A stretch of DNA of 51,779 bases from Bacillota bacterium (lineage in GTDB: Bacteria > Bacillota > Sulfobacillia > JAMDAP01 > JAJYMS01), in contig JAJYMS010000111.1 of the NCBI GenBank assembly GCA_021786825.1, positions 1 through 51,779 of the forward strand, given 5' to 3'. This document shows, in pieces, positions 17,396-27,637 of this stretch (position 1 is its first letter; every line of letters starts with the position of its first letter). The notes beneath the pieces are model-generated. The model saw only the letters and a list, made by a program, of their open reading frames with translations. It ran no database searches and was not told the origin of the DNA. The position numbers were made by a program, and so were the translations under genes.

Positions 17396-17755
17396 ATGCT
17401 CAAGTTCCCGAAGTGGCTGCGAAGGGATGAGGGTTTCACGCTGATCGAGCTCCTGGTGGTAATCGCGATCCTCGGCATCCTGGCGGCGGTGGCCGTGCCG
17501 CGGGTGGCGGGGGCGGTCGACAAGGCCAAGACGTCCGAGTCCAAGGCCAACCTGGCGGTGGTCGAGAGCGCCCTGGAACGGTACTACCTGGACAACGGCT
17601 CCTACCCTGCGAACTTGACGCCCCTGGTACCCAGCTACGTCGTGGCGGTTCCCACGAACGGATGGGACCATCCCTTTACCTATACCCCCAGCCCCGCCAC
17701 TCCTCCTCACACCTCTTACACCCTGACTGACCCTGACACCAGCCTGTACAAGTAG
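17396..17755 (+). CDS. pilA: Type IV major pilin
   Basis: Class III signal RRDEG/FTLIELLVVIAILGILAAVAVP; own promoter; RBS GGAGG. Confidence 0.88.
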   Translation: MLKFPKWLRRDEGFTLIELLVVIAILGILAAVAVPRVAGAVDKAKTSESKANLAVVESALERYYLDNGSYPANLTPLVPSYVVAVPTNGWDHPFTYTPSPATPPHTSYTLTDPDTSLYK

Positions 17756-17794
17756 TAACCAGGTGGCCCGGCACCTCCGCAAGGGGGATTTCCT

Positions 17795-18547
17795 TTGGCG
17801 GTTCCGGCGTTCCTGTTCGCGCTCTTCGGTCTGGCGGTCGGATCCTTTCTCAACGTGGTCATCTACCGGGTTCCCCGGCGGGAGTCGATCGCGGTTCCGC
17901 CTTCCCACTGTCCCCACTGCGGGGTGCGCCTGAGCCCGGCCGAACTGGTACCGCTATTGAGCTTTGCCTGGCAACGCGGGCGCTGCCGGCACTGCGGGGC
18001 GCCGATCGGTTGGCGCTACCCGGCGGTCGAAGCCCTGACCGGGCTCCTCTTCGTCCTTGCTTACCTGCGTTTCGGTTGGACAGGCCTGGCGCTGTACTGG
18101 TCGGTTTTTGCGGCCTTGCTGGTGGTCGTGGCCTGCATCGATTGGGAGTACCGGATCATTCCCAACGTGGTCCTGGGCGCCGGCCTGGCGCTGGGACTGG
18201 TCATTTCCCTGGTCCTGCGGCTCCCCTTGCCGGCGGCGGCCTTGGGGCTGGCTTCGGGCTTTGGTGTCTTCCTGCTCCTGGCGGTGGCCTGGTCCGGCGC
18301 CATGGGCGCCGGGGACGTCAAGTTGGCCGGCGTCCTGGGTTGGTACCTGGGCTGGCCGCTGGTGGTGGTGGGGCTGTTCGGCGGCATCCTGGTGGGGGCG
18401 CTGGTCGGCCTGGTGTTGCTGATCACCCGGCGCAAGGCCGCGCGAGACCAGATCCCCCTGGGGCCATTTCTCGCCCTGGGGGCGGTGCTGGCGGTCTTAT
18501 TCGGCCGGGAACTGCTGGATTGGTACCTGCCTTTGTTGAGGTGGTGA
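17795..18547 (+). CDS. pilD: Prepilin peptidase/N-methyltransferase
   Basis: GSFLNVVIYRVP, two CxxC, ID, MGAGDVKL, PLGPFL. Confidence 0.95.
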   Translation: MAVPAFLFALFGLAVGSFLNVVIYRVPRRESIAVPPSHCPHCGVRLSPAELVPLLSFAWQRGRCRHCGAPIGWRYPAVEALTGLLFVLAYLRFGWTGLALYWSVFAALLVVVACIDWEYRIIPNVVLGAGLALGLVISLVLRLPLPAAALGLASGFGVFLLLAVAWSGAMGAGDVKLAGVLGWYLGWPLVVVGLFGGILVGALVGLVLLITRRKAARDQIPLGPFLALGAVLAVLFGRELLDWYLPLLRW

Positions 18548-18549
18548 GA

Positions 18550-18954
18550 GTGGTGCGGGTCTTGCGCGGCGAGGGAGGGTTCACCCTCGTGGAAGCGGTA
18601 GCTGCGGTGGCCGTGGTGGCCTTGGCCGTGGCGCCTATCATGGCAGGGTTGGACGCCGCTTTGGCGGCTTCGTGGCACGCCCGGAACCTGGCCATTGCCA
18701 CGGAACTGGCGCAGCAGGAGATCGAACTGACGCGTTACCAGGCTCGCACGACCCAGGGGTTCGAGACCCTGGCCGTGGGGCCGGGGCCGGTCGAGGACAT
18801 CGCCCGCCCCGAGGGGGTGTTCCAGCGGGCCGTCACGGTCGAATCGGTGTCGGTGGGCGGCGTGGACCTGAAGCAACTGGCGGTTACCGTCAGTTGGAAC
18901 CTTCACCGCAGCCAATCGCAGGTGCGGCTGACTACGCTGCTGGCCCGGCGGTGA
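18550..18954 (+). CDS. Minor pilin (PilV-like)
   Basis: GEGG/FTLVE followed by a hydrophobic helix; exact GTG start uncertain (18541-18553). Confidence 0.8.
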   Translation: MVRVLRGEGGFTLVEAVAAVAVVALAVAPIMAGLDAALAASWHARNLAIATELAQQEIELTRYQARTTQGFETLAVGPGPVEDIARPEGVFQRAVTVESVSVGGVDLKQLAVTVSWNLHRSQSQVRLTTLLARR

Positions 18955-19448
18955 CGAAGATGTTGGGAGGGCCGGCCGGCGAACGCGGGCTGACGCTGGT
19001 GGAAACGCTGGTTTCCGTGGCCATCCTGGGCGTGGTCGCGGCAGCCCTGTCGGCCTTCAGCGTGGCAAGCTTTCGCCTGTGGCGTTCCGGGATGGACCAG
19101 GCCACCCTGGTCAGGGACCTGGTTCCAGCCATGGAACGGATGGAACAGGACTTGCGGCAGGCCCGGGCCCTGGTCGCGATCTCCCCGGGAAAGATCCAGT
19201 TTACCGACGCCGACGGTCAGGCGGTGGCGGTGGACCTGGCGGCCGATGGCACCGTGCGGCGACAGCCGGGCCTGAGCGGTTCCGGATCGGCGGTGCTGGC
19301 CACGGGGGTTACCCAACTGCAATTCACCCCCACCGGTCCTTACATCCAGATTCACCTGACGGGGATGTCGCCCGGTGGCCGCTCCCTGAACCTGGACTCG
19401 GGTGTCCTGATTCGCGCCTCGGGGATGGTGGTGGGCGGAGGTGGATGA
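18951..19448 (+). CDS. Minor pilin (PilW-like)
   Basis: ERG/LTLVETLVSVAILG and MERMEQDLRQA; GTGA overlap with the previous gene. Confidence 0.8.
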   Translation: MTKMLGGPAGERGLTLVETLVSVAILGVVAAALSAFSVASFRLWRSGMDQATLVRDLVPAMERMEQDLRQARALVAISPGKIQFTDADGQAVAVDLAADGTVRRQPGLSGSGSAVLATGVTQLQFTPTGPYIQIHLTGMSPGGRSLNLDSGVLIRASGMVVGGGG

Positions 19449-20505
19449 GACGAGGGTAAGCCGGGAGACCGAGCGCGGCGCGGCCCTGGTGCTGGCCGTG
19501 CTGGTCGTGGCCGTCCTCCTGCTGACCGGCCTGACCTTCCTCTCCCTGGGGAGGGCGCAACTGCACCTGGGCGCCAGTCGCCGGGATTCCCTGGCCGCTC
19601 TGGACCTGGCCGACGCCGGGATCGACGTGGCCTTGGCCCAACTGCGGACCGATCCGCAGTGGCGCGGACCGCTCTCGGACCCGCTGCGGGGGTACACCGT
19701 CACCGTCTCTGACTTGGACAATGGGCTTCTGAGCGTGCGTTCCAGCGCCAGCGCCGGGGGCATTGCCAGGGCGGTTTCGGCCACGGTCCACGTTGGGCTT
19801 CCGAGCATGTACCGGCGAGTCCTGGTCAGCGGAGGAGACTTTACTTTTCCCAACTCGTTTTCGATCGACGGTGACGTCCAGGCCAACAGTAACGCCACCC
19901 TGAGCGGCGTCGGCTCGGTTGACGGGAAGGTGCTGGTTTCCGGTCAGTTCAGCACCGAGTGGGGCTCGATCGACCCGCCGCCCACGGTGGGCGCGCCGCC
20001 GGTGCCGCTGAACCCCTTTCCGAGCCTGACCGGCACACCCCTGTTCGGTCCGACCGTGGACTTGGGGAATCTCCCCCTGAAGGGGCAGGTATACACCATC
20101 AATGGCGACGTCACCCTCCTCGCTCCCCCTTCCCGCGGCCGCAGGAGTCCGGGTGTCCAGGGCAACGCCGTGATCTGGGTGGATGGGAAGGTGCACCTCG
20201 CGGGCGACCTTGTCGACAAGCAGGCGGGGAGGCCCGAAGACCCGAACCTGTTGGCCATCATGGCGTCGGGCGACATCACCGTCGACGGCGCCGTGGTGGA
20301 CGGGGTGCTCCAGAGCCGGGGTACCATTTCTTTCACTCACCCGTCCCTGCGGTCGATCTACGGAGGCCTGTACGCCAATGCGATCACCTATCGATCGGCC
20401 CGTTTGCCGCTCCGTTATGACCGGCGCCTGGGTTCCTCGCCTCCGGCTCCCCTGCCCAGGGGCGCGGAACTGGTCAGTTGGCGCGAAGGGGGTGGACCCC
20501 AGTGA
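19441..20505 (+). CDS. PilX-like minor pilin with beta-rich C-terminal domain
   Basis: ERG/AALVLAVL (no Glu5), ALDLADAGIDVALAQL, repeated DG.V/GD.T turns. Confidence 0.75.
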   Translation: MDETRVSRETERGAALVLAVLVVAVLLLTGLTFLSLGRAQLHLGASRRDSLAALDLADAGIDVALAQLRTDPQWRGPLSDPLRGYTVTVSDLDNGLLSVRSSASAGGIARAVSATVHVGLPSMYRRVLVSGGDFTFPNSFSIDGDVQANSNATLSGVGSVDGKVLVSGQFSTEWGSIDPPPTVGAPPVPLNPFPSLTGTPLFGPTVDLGNLPLKGQVYTINGDVTLLAPPSRGRRSPGVQGNAVIWVDGKVHLAGDLVDKQAGRPEDPNLLAIMASGDITVDGAVVDGVLQSRGTISFTHPSLRSIYGGLYANAITYRSARLPLRYDRRLGSSPPAPLPRGAELVSWREGGGPQ

Positions 20506-22004
20506 GCCTTAGCCGGCGGGGACTCTGGGCTCGCCGTTCTACCGGCCTGGATGTGGGCAGCCAATGGGTGAAGGCGGTGGAACTGGAATGGCCGGGCGGC
20601 CAGCCGCGGGTCAAGCGGCTGCTGCGTTTCGCCGTCCCGGAGGGAGCCATGTCCCGGGGAGCGGCGGACGACCCCTCGGCGTTGGCCGGCGGGTTGCTCG
20701 CCAATTTGCGCCCGCAGCTATTCACAAGCCGCCACCTGGCGCTGTCGGTGGACTCGGAGCAGGTTTTCCTGCGTTCCCTGCGGTTACCGCAACTGGCACC
20801 CCGGGAACTGGCGGCGGCGGCCCGTTGGGAGGGGGAGAGCCACCTGCCCATGCCGGCGGCGGAGGTGGTGACCGACTACATCGTGCTTGGCGACGACGGC
20901 CCCGGCCGCACGGAAGTGATGATGGTGGGAGTGCCGCGCCGGGTGGTGCAGGGTTACCTGGCGGCTTGCCGGCGAGCCGGCTTGACCCCCGAGGCGATCG
21001 AGCCGGAGAGTACGGCCATCTGGCGCGCTATTCAAAGTGACGGGTCCGGGCCCCAGGCGGAGGACCGGAGCGTGGCGGTGCTGGACATCGGGGCCAGTGC
21101 CCTGCGGCTGACCATCCTGCGCCATGGCACGCCGTACCTGAGCCGAACCGTGGCTTTGGCCGGGGAAGGCACCGCCCGCACGGCGGAACTGGCCCGGGAG
21201 GTCAGGACGTCCCTGGAGTTCTTCCTTTACGACAATCGTGGCCTGCGCTTGAGCCAGGTGTACCTGGCCGGAGGAGCAGCTCGCGACCAGGGCCTGGCGG
21301 CGTTCCTGGAGGAAGCCCTGAATACCGCCTTCCTGGGCCGGGTGCCAGGAGCGGTACCGATCACCGCAAGCACGGTGAAACCGGCCTTGCTGTCCACCTT
21401 CGGGGAAGCGGGGCCGGAGTTTGCCTGTGCCCTGGGTCTGGCGCTGAGGGGAGGGCCGGCGTCGGCGCCCAAGTTCAGCCTGCTGCCGCCGCAGTTCCGT
21501 GGGCGACGCCGTCGCCACCGCCTGGTCTGGACCGCCGCCCTGGGGGCGGTGGGGTTGGTGGCCGCGATCGCGTGGCCCTACGTGAGGGAAGTAGCCGCTG
21601 TGCGGCAGGAGGCGGCGGCCGTGGCGGTAGCGGAGCGGGAAGCCCGGGCGGTGGAGTCGGTACGAGGCCGGGTCGCCCAGTTGGCCGCTGAGCGCAAGGG
21701 CTTGGCGGACCGCCTCACCGTCCTGACGGGAACACCGGGCGGGGAAGGATGGTCGCCGGTCTTGTCCTCAATCCTGACCGCCATACCGCCGGGGGTCAGC
21801 ATCAGCCAGGTGGCGGCCGGCGGCAGCGAAGTGGTGATTTCGGGGTCGGCGCCCCGCCTGGACCTGGTACGGCAGTTGGAGATCCAGTTGGGGCAAGAAC
21901 CGGGTTACCTTGCCAGGGTGGAACTGAAGTCGCTCAACCGGGTCGGGGAGGTTTATCAGTTCCAGCTTACCGTCCAGGTTGCCTGGGAGGCGACGGCACC
22001 ATGA
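20502..22004 (+). CDS. pilMN: Fused PilM-PilN alignment protein
   Basis: PilM motifs GLDVGS, LDIGA, YLAGGAA and ALGLALRG run in frame into the PilN motif FSLLP, a TM, a coiled coil and the PilN domain. Confidence 0.85.
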   Translation: MSLSRRGLWARRSTGLDVGSQWVKAVELEWPGGQPRVKRLLRFAVPEGAMSRGAADDPSALAGGLLANLRPQLFTSRHLALSVDSEQVFLRSLRLPQLAPRELAAAARWEGESHLPMPAAEVVTDYIVLGDDGPGRTEVMMVGVPRRVVQGYLAACRRAGLTPEAIEPESTAIWRAIQSDGSGPQAEDRSVAVLDIGASALRLTILRHGTPYLSRTVALAGEGTARTAELAREVRTSLEFFLYDNRGLRLSQVYLAGGAARDQGLAAFLEEALNTAFLGRVPGAVPITASTVKPALLSTFGEAGPEFACALGLALRGGPASAPKFSLLPPQFRGRRRRHRLVWTAALGAVGLVAAIAWPYVREVAAVRQEAAAVAVAEREARAVESVRGRVAQLAAERKGLADRLTVLTGTPGGEGWSPVLSSILTAIPPGVSISQVAAGGSEVVISGSAPRLDLVRQLEIQLGQEPGYLARVELKSLNRVGEVYQFQLTVQVAWEATAP

Positions 22005-22543
22005 GGCTGCAATTGACCCCGCGGGAGAGAACGGCCCTGGCGGCCCTGGCGGGCGTACTGGTGCTGATGGGATTCTACCTGGGAGTGCACGAGCCCATTC
22101 AACGCTACCGGGAACAGGTCCATGCCGCGGTGCTGGCGGCGCAGACGGCCGTGTCGAAGGGCTCGGCGGCCAAGGAGCAACTGGCCAGGCTCCAGGGGCA
22201 AGTGTCGGAACTGCGGGCCCGCTACGCGGCGGCGGCGGGGCTGATACCGCCAACCCTGGATGAGCCGCGGTTCCTGGCGGAGGTGGCAGCGGCGGCCGAC
22301 CGAAGCGGGGTCACGCTGCAGGTCATTCAGTTGGGAAAAAGCGTCGCCAAGGACGGCTGGGTCAGCCGGTCGGGGTCGCTGATGGTGTCCGGGGGTTTAG
22401 GCCAGGAGGTGGCGTTCATCCGCGGCATCGAATCGCTGCCGATCCTGGTGGCGGTGCAGGCAGTCAAGCTGGACGCGCTCAACGGGCACAACACCGCGAC
22501 CGTAAACTTTCAGATCCTGGCGCAAGCCGCGGCGACTCCCTAG
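22001..22543 (+). CDS. pilO: PilO-like protein
   Basis: LTPRER, TM, coiled coil, FIRGIESLP; ATGA overlap with pilMN. Confidence 0.8.
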   Translation: MRLQLTPRERTALAALAGVLVLMGFYLGVHEPIQRYREQVHAAVLAAQTAVSKGSAAKEQLARLQGQVSELRARYAAAAGLIPPTLDEPRFLAEVAAAADRSGVTLQVIQLGKSVAKDGWVSRSGSLMVSGGLGQEVAFIRGIESLPILVAVQAVKLDALNGHNTATVNFQILAQAAATP

Positions 22544-22686
22544 CAGGGGCGGTCGTGTGACAGAATGTAAAACAGATGTCAGCAGAGTGCCTATTGTGAG
22601 GTTCAAACTTCCTGGATAAACTGAGTTGTGAGGGCGGTCCCTGCCGGTGCGGCGGGGGCGCATGTTTTGCAAAGGGGGTAGGTGCC

Positions 22687-23796
22687 TTGATCATCGGGGT
22701 CGTGAAGGAGATCAAGGACCAGGAGTACCGGGTCGGGATGGTTCCCTCCGGCGTACGGACCCTGGTTTCGGCTGGACACCGGGTCCTGGTCCAGCAGTCG
22801 GCGGGCGAGGGCAGCGGGATCGGCGACGGTGAGTACCAGGCGGCCGGGGCGGAAATCGTCGCCGCGGCGGCCGGCGTCTACGAAGCGGCGGAGATGATCG
22901 TAAAAGTCAAGGAACCCCTCCAGCAGGAGTACGAGTTGCTGCGGGAGGGGCAACTTCTGTACACCTACCTGCACCTGGCGCCGGCCCCCGAACTCGCCGC
23001 CGCATTGCTGCGGCGCAAGGTCATCGGAATAGCCTACGAGACCATCCAGCTCGCCTCCGGGGCGCTCCCGCTCCTCACCCCGATGAGCGAGGTGGCCGGC
23101 CGCCTGTCGATCCAGGCCGGGGCGCGGTGCCTGCAGAAGAACGAGGGGGGGCGCGGGGTCCTGCTGGGAGGGGTCCCGGGGGTGCCGCCCGCCCGCGTGG
23201 TCATCGTGGGTGGCGGCGTGGTCGGCACCAACGCGGCCAAGATGGCTGTGGGCATGGGCGCCGACGTCACCTTGTTGGACATCAACCTGGACCGCCTGCG
23301 CTACCTGGACGACATCTTCGGCGGACGGCTCAAGACGATGGTTTCCAACGCTCACGACCTGGCAGAGGCGCTGGCGGGGGCGGATCTGGTTATCGGCGCG
23401 GTCCTCGTGGTCGGGGCCAAGGCTCCCCACCTGATCACCGGCCCGATGGTCGAGGGCATGAAGCCGGGGTCGGTGATCGTGGACGTGGCCATCGACCAGG
23501 GCGGCTGCGCGGAGACCTCCCGGCCGACCAGCCACAGCCATCCCACCTACGAGTATAGCGGCGTGATCCACTATTGCGTCACCAACATGCCCGGGGCCGT
23601 GGCCCGCACCTCGACCTTCGCCCTGACCAACGCGACCCTGCCCTACGCCCTGAGGATCGCCAACCAGGGGCTGAAGTCGGCGCTCCAGGACCCGGCTCTG
23701 GCCAAGGGCCTGAACGTCTACCGCGGGCAGGTCACCCATCCGGCGGTGGCACGGGACCTGGGGTATACCTACGTGGCCCCCGCGCAGGTCGGTTAG
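22687..23796 (+). CDS. ald: Alanine dehydrogenase
   Basis: [46 protein letters not shown]. Confidence 0.97.
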   Translation: MIIGVVKEIKDQEYRVGMVPSGVRTLVSAGHRVLVQQSAGEGSGIGDGEYQAAGAEIVAAAAGVYEAAEMIVKVKEPLQQEYELLREGQLLYTYLHLAPAPELAAALLRRKVIGIAYETIQLASGALPLLTPMSEVAGRLSIQAGARCLQKNEGGRGVLLGGVPGVPPARVVIVGGGVVGTNAAKMAVGMGADVTLLDINLDRLRYLDDIFGGRLKTMVSNAHDLAEALAGADLVIGAVLVVGAKAPHLITGPMVEGMKPGSVIVDVAIDQGGCAETSRPTSHSHPTYEYSGVIHYCVTNMPGAVARTSTFALTNATLPYALRIANQGLKSALQDPALAKGLNVYRGQVTHPAVARDLGYTYVAPAQVG

Positions 23797-23812
23797 ACGG
23801 GGGGGCTCCGGC

Positions 23813-25453
23813 TTGACGGTGCGAGTCCGGGACCTCCTGGAGATGCCTGCCTTCGAGGGCGCGACTGTCTATGGTGACGAGGCCGGGCTGGACAACCCGG
23901 TTCGCTGGGTCCACATCAGCGAGGTTCTGGACATCGCCCGGCTGCTCCGCGGCGGGGAACTGGTCCTGACCACGGGGATGGCCTGGAACGCTCCGCCCGG
24001 CGACCTGCGCCGTTTTGTAGGCGAGCTCGCCGAACGGGGCGTGGCCGGGCTGGTGGTGGAACTGGGGCGAACCGTCTTCGAGATCCCGGAGGCGATCGAC
24101 CAAGCAGCCAGGGAAGTCGGCCTGCCGGTGATCACTCCGGCCCGCGAGGTGCCCTTCGTCGAGGTAACCGAGGAGATCCACTCCCGCATCATCAGCCAAC
24201 ACTATACCCTCCTGAAGCGGGCCGAGCAGGCCACCCAGTCCTTCACCCGGGTCCTCCTCGGCCAGGGCGGGGTAGAGGAAATCCTGCGCAGTTGCAGCCA
24301 GCTCATCGGTGCCCCGGTACTCCTCCTGCCCAGCGATCCGGTCGAGCCACCGCTGGCCTTCCCGTCCGGCCTGGCGACCGACCAGGCCCGGTTGCAGGCG
24401 GTCCGCGGGCTGCCCCTGGAGGGGGTCGGAGCCCAGGGGGCGCAGCATTTCACCGTTTCCCTCGAGGACCGGGAGGAGGGCCTTCTGGTGGAAGCGATCT
24501 ACGCCGCGACCGAGCGCTGGGGGCACCTGGTGGTCTGGCTGGACGGCCGCCGGGCGGACGAGTACCTGCCCCTGGTGGTGGACCGGGCGGCGGTTACCAT
24601 CGCCCTGGAGCTGATGCGCCTGCGGAGCATCCGGGAGAACCGGGTACGGCTGAAGCGCGAACTGGTGGACGACCTGTACGGCGGCGAATTCCGGGACGAA
24701 GAGGAGATTTACCGGCGGGCCGCGGCGGTGGACGTACCGCTGTCGCACCGCTGGATGGCGGCGGGGGTGTTCATCCTGGCGGGGGGCCACCGCGCCCTGC
24801 CGGTGAACCATTCGGCGTGGCAGATGGCCGAGACCAACGTCCGCGTGGCGTTGAAGGGTGCCGGCCTCAGCGCGGTCACGTCGCTGCGGGAGAGCCGGAT
24901 CCTCTTCGTCGCCGCTCACCAGGACCTGGAGACCCTGCGCGGGCGGTTGAACGCCGCCCTGGAGGGGATCGTCCGGCAACTGGGAACGCACGCCCCGGCG
25001 GTGGAGGCGACCTCCGGGGTGGGGCAGTACACCCGGCACCCCCGGGAACTCGCCCGTTCCTTCCGGGAGGCGGACTTCACCGCCCGCCTGCGGGCGCAGC
25101 CGGGCGGTGGGGGGAGGTCGTCCCATTTCAGTGAGCTGGGGGTCTTCCGACTGTTCTTCGACCTGGATCCCGAGACTCTGGGGCAGTTGGTGGAACAGGA
25201 GCTGGGTCCCATCCTGCGCCACGACCGGCAGCAGGGTTCGCAACTCGCCCCGACCCTGCGTCTGACCCTCGACTGCGACTTCAACATGGCCGAGGCCGCC
25301 AAGCGGCTGGGGACCAACCGCCAGACCCTCTACAACCGCCTGGAAAGGATCCGCACCATCCTGGGCCACGACCCGTCCGAGGCGGAACGCCAGCTCGTCC
25401 TGGGGGTAGCCTTCCGGATCCTGGACTGGCTGGCTGTCGTTCGTCAGGACTAA
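23813..25453 (+). CDS. PucR family transcriptional regulator
   Basis: VRWVHISE..GGELVLTTG N-terminal domain; C-terminal HTH AAKRLGTNRQTLYNRLERI. Confidence 0.93.
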   Translation: MTVRVRDLLEMPAFEGATVYGDEAGLDNPVRWVHISEVLDIARLLRGGELVLTTGMAWNAPPGDLRRFVGELAERGVAGLVVELGRTVFEIPEAIDQAAREVGLPVITPAREVPFVEVTEEIHSRIISQHYTLLKRAEQATQSFTRVLLGQGGVEEILRSCSQLIGAPVLLLPSDPVEPPLAFPSGLATDQARLQAVRGLPLEGVGAQGAQHFTVSLEDREEGLLVEAIYAATERWGHLVVWLDGRRADEYLPLVVDRAAVTIALELMRLRSIRENRVRLKRELVDDLYGGEFRDEEEIYRRAAAVDVPLSHRWMAAGVFILAGGHRALPVNHSAWQMAETNVRVALKGAGLSAVTSLRESRILFVAAHQDLETLRGRLNAALEGIVRQLGTHAPAVEATSGVGQYTRHPRELARSFREADFTARLRAQPGGGGRSSHFSELGVFRLFFDLDPETLGQLVEQELGPILRHDRQQGSQLAPTLRLTLDCDFNMAEAAKRLGTNRQTLYNRLERIRTILGHDPSEAERQLVLGVAFRILDWLAVVRQD

Positions 25454-25472
25454 AGGTCGCGCGGGCACGCCT

Positions 25473-26327
25473 TCAGGACTGCCGGCCGGTCCGCTCGCGG
25501 CGGCCGTTGAGGCCGAGGCGCTGCTTCACTTCGGCCGCCAGCGTCCGCGAGACGGGGATTTCCGTCCGCTCTTCGTCGTCCACCGCCAGGCGCAGGTGCC
25601 CCTTGAAGTAGGGGATTACCTCGCGCACCTTGCGCAGGTTGACCAAAAAGCGCCGGTGCGTGCGGACAAAGTCGAAGGGGACCAGTTGCTCCTCGAGCTC
25701 CCGCAGGGTCTGCCGGGCCAGGAGCCGCTCGCGGGGGAGCTTGACGTAGACCTCCTCGTTCAAGGCGTAGATGAAGACGATGTTCCGCACGTCGATCACG
25801 GCGATCTTGTCGGCCCGCTCCACGGCGATCCGGTCAGCGGGAGCGCGATACCGGGGCGGTTCCCTCGAGACGCCGGCGTCGCGGAAGGGCGCCGGCGCTC
25901 GGTCCGGGCGGGGAGCACGCCGGGCCGTCGCTGGTCCGGCCGGCGCGGCTGAGGGGGCGGAGGGCGCCGGGCCAATCCGGCCCAGGGCCTCGGCAAGCCG
26001 GTCCTCGTCGAAGGGTTTCAACAGGTAATCGACGGCGCCGACACGGAAGGCGTCCAGGGCAAACTCCTGGTAGGCGGTGGTGAAGATCACCCGTGGCCGA
26101 GGGGAGAGTTTCTGCAGTTCCCGCGCCAGTTCGATGCCCGAAAGGCCGGGCATCTGGATGTCCAGGAAGAGGAGGTCGTACTTCAGGGCCAGGCACAGTT
26201 GCCTGGCTTCTTCGGCGTGGGTCGCCTCCCCGACCACTTCCACCTCGGGGAAGGACGCCAGCAGCCGGCGCAGTTCCTTGCGGGCCGGGTACTCGTCGTC
26301 CACGATCAGCGCGCGCAGCTTCCTCAT
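25473..26327 (-). CDS. LytR/AlgR (LytTR) response regulator
   Basis: IVDDE, FLDIQMP, YLLKP, FVRTHRRFLVN, IPVSR. Confidence 0.95.
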   Translation of the reverse strand: MRKLRALIVDDEYPARKELRRLLASFPEVEVVGEATHAEEARQLCLALKYDLLFLDIQMPGLSGIELARELQKLSPRPRVIFTTAYQEFALDAFRVGAVDYLLKPFDEDRLAEALGRIGPAPSAPSAAPAGPATARRAPRPDRAPAPFRDAGVSREPPRYRAPADRIAVERADKIAVIDVRNIVFIYALNEEVYVKLPRERLLARQTLRELEEQLVPFDFVRTHRRFLVNLRKVREVIPYFKGHLRLAVDDEERTEIPVSRTLAAEVKQRLGLNGRRERTGRQS

Positions 26328-26339
26328 GCCCGTCTCTCC

Positions 26340-27602
26340 TCACCGCATGGGGATCCGGAGATGGACCCGCGTGCCCCGGCCGGGCGCGCTGGTAATGTGC
26401 AGGCTGTATTTGCCGCCGTAAAGCCGTTTCAGGCGCTCGTTGACGTTGGAAAGCCCCATCCCGTGGTCGCGCTTCTGCCGGGCGGAGGGGCGCAGCAACT
26501 CCGGGATGCGCTCGGGATCCATGCCGACGCCGTCATCCTTGATGACGACGTTCACCTTCATGGTCAGAAAGTCTAGGTAGGAGACCAGGGAAACCGTGCC
26601 GCCCTCCGACTTGAGGGCTACCCCGTGACGCACGGCGTTTTCCACCAAGGGCTGGACGGAAAGGGCCGGAATGCTCACCTTCAGCACCTGGGGGTCGATG
26701 TCGTAGACGACCTGCAGGCGCTCGTGAAAGCGAGCCTGCTCCAGGAACAGGTAGTTACGGATGTTGCGGTACTCTTCGTAAAAGGTCACGAACTGGCCGG
26801 TGGGGCGCATGGAACCGCGGAACAACTCGGCCAGTTTGATCAGCATCCGTCGGGTCATCTCGGCGTCGTCGCGGCTGTAGGAGACGATGGTGTTGATGGT
26901 GTTGAAGAGGAAGTGAGGCTTAATTTGGGCTCGCAGGGCGTTGAGCTCGGCCTCCGTGGTGAGCTGACGCTGCCGGTCGAGTTGCCCCAGCTCCACCTGC
27001 ATGCCCAGCAGTTCAGCCACCATTTCGGCCGACCGGACCAGGGTCCGGCTGAACTGCCCGCCCGGCCAGCCCACCAGGGCGAGGCCTCCGAGCAACTCGG
27101 CGTGGCAACGCAGGGGGACGATCAACAAGGGCAGTTCCTGCCTGCCCAGGCTGGGGAGGCTCAGTGAGGTGACGGTCTGCCGCCCCTGGGCGAGGGCCTG
27201 GCTGACCCGGTTTTCGACCTCGGCCCCCAGGGCGGTGTTCTGGGAGTCCCGCCCGATGAAGGCCAGCAGCTCCGTCCCACTGGTGATGGCTACCGCCCGG
27301 ACGTCGGTCATCATCCGGAGGATGATGGTGGCGGTCTTGCGAGCGGTCTCCCGGTTGAGGCCCTGGCGCAGATGGGGCAGGGTTTCGTGCACGATTTCCA
27401 GGGCGTGGTCCTGGCTGCGCCGGCTGGGCACCGGGACGCTATTGAAGGAGAAGTATCCCACCAGCAGGCTGACGGCGAAGTTCACCCCCGCCAGCAACCC
27501 GCCCAGCAACCACCGCTCCTGGTCGGGAACCGAGAAGAGGGGCAGCAGGCTGAACTCTAGGATGGTAGCCAGCACCACCGCGGCCCCGGCGATGGCGATC
27601 AC
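26340..27602 (-). CDS. LytS-family sensor histidine kinase
   Basis: Two TMs, GAF-like region, LRAQIKPHFLFNTIN, QPLVENAVRHG, DDGVGM, GMGLSNVNERL. Start estimated; the track start overlaps the divergent gene. Confidence 0.9.
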   Translation of the reverse strand: MIAIAGAAVVLATILEFSLLPLFSVPDQERWLLGGLLAGVNFAVSLLVGYFSFNSVPVPSRRSQDHALEIVHETLPHLRQGLNRETARKTATIILRMMTDVRAVAITSGTELLAFIGRDSQNTALGAEVENRVSQALAQGRQTVTSLSLPSLGRQELPLLIVPLRCHAELLGGLALVGWPGGQFSRTLVRSAEMVAELLGMQVELGQLDRQRQLTTEAELNALRAQIKPHFLFNTINTIVSYSRDDAEMTRRMLIKLAELFRGSMRPTGQFVTFYEEYRNIRNYLFLEQARFHERLQVVYDIDPQVLKVSIPALSVQPLVENAVRHGVALKSEGGTVSLVSYLDFLTMKVNVVIKDDGVGMDPERIPELLRPSARQKRDHGMGLSNVNERLKRLYGGKYSLHITSAPGRGTRVHLRIPMR

Positions 27603-27637
27603 AGACAGCCCTGCCTTTTTCGATAATTGCGAGCAGT

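Noticed and set aside
17435-17755. Electrically conductive (e-pilin) candidate
   Set aside because: Has F1, Y50, Y51 and Y57 but no aromatics at positions 24, 27 or 32, leaving a long aromatic-free gap.
22656-22671. GG-N10-GC (GGGCGCATGTTTTGCA) before ald as a sigma54 promoter
   Set aside because: Poor -24 match, and the implied start site would fall within or after the RBS.
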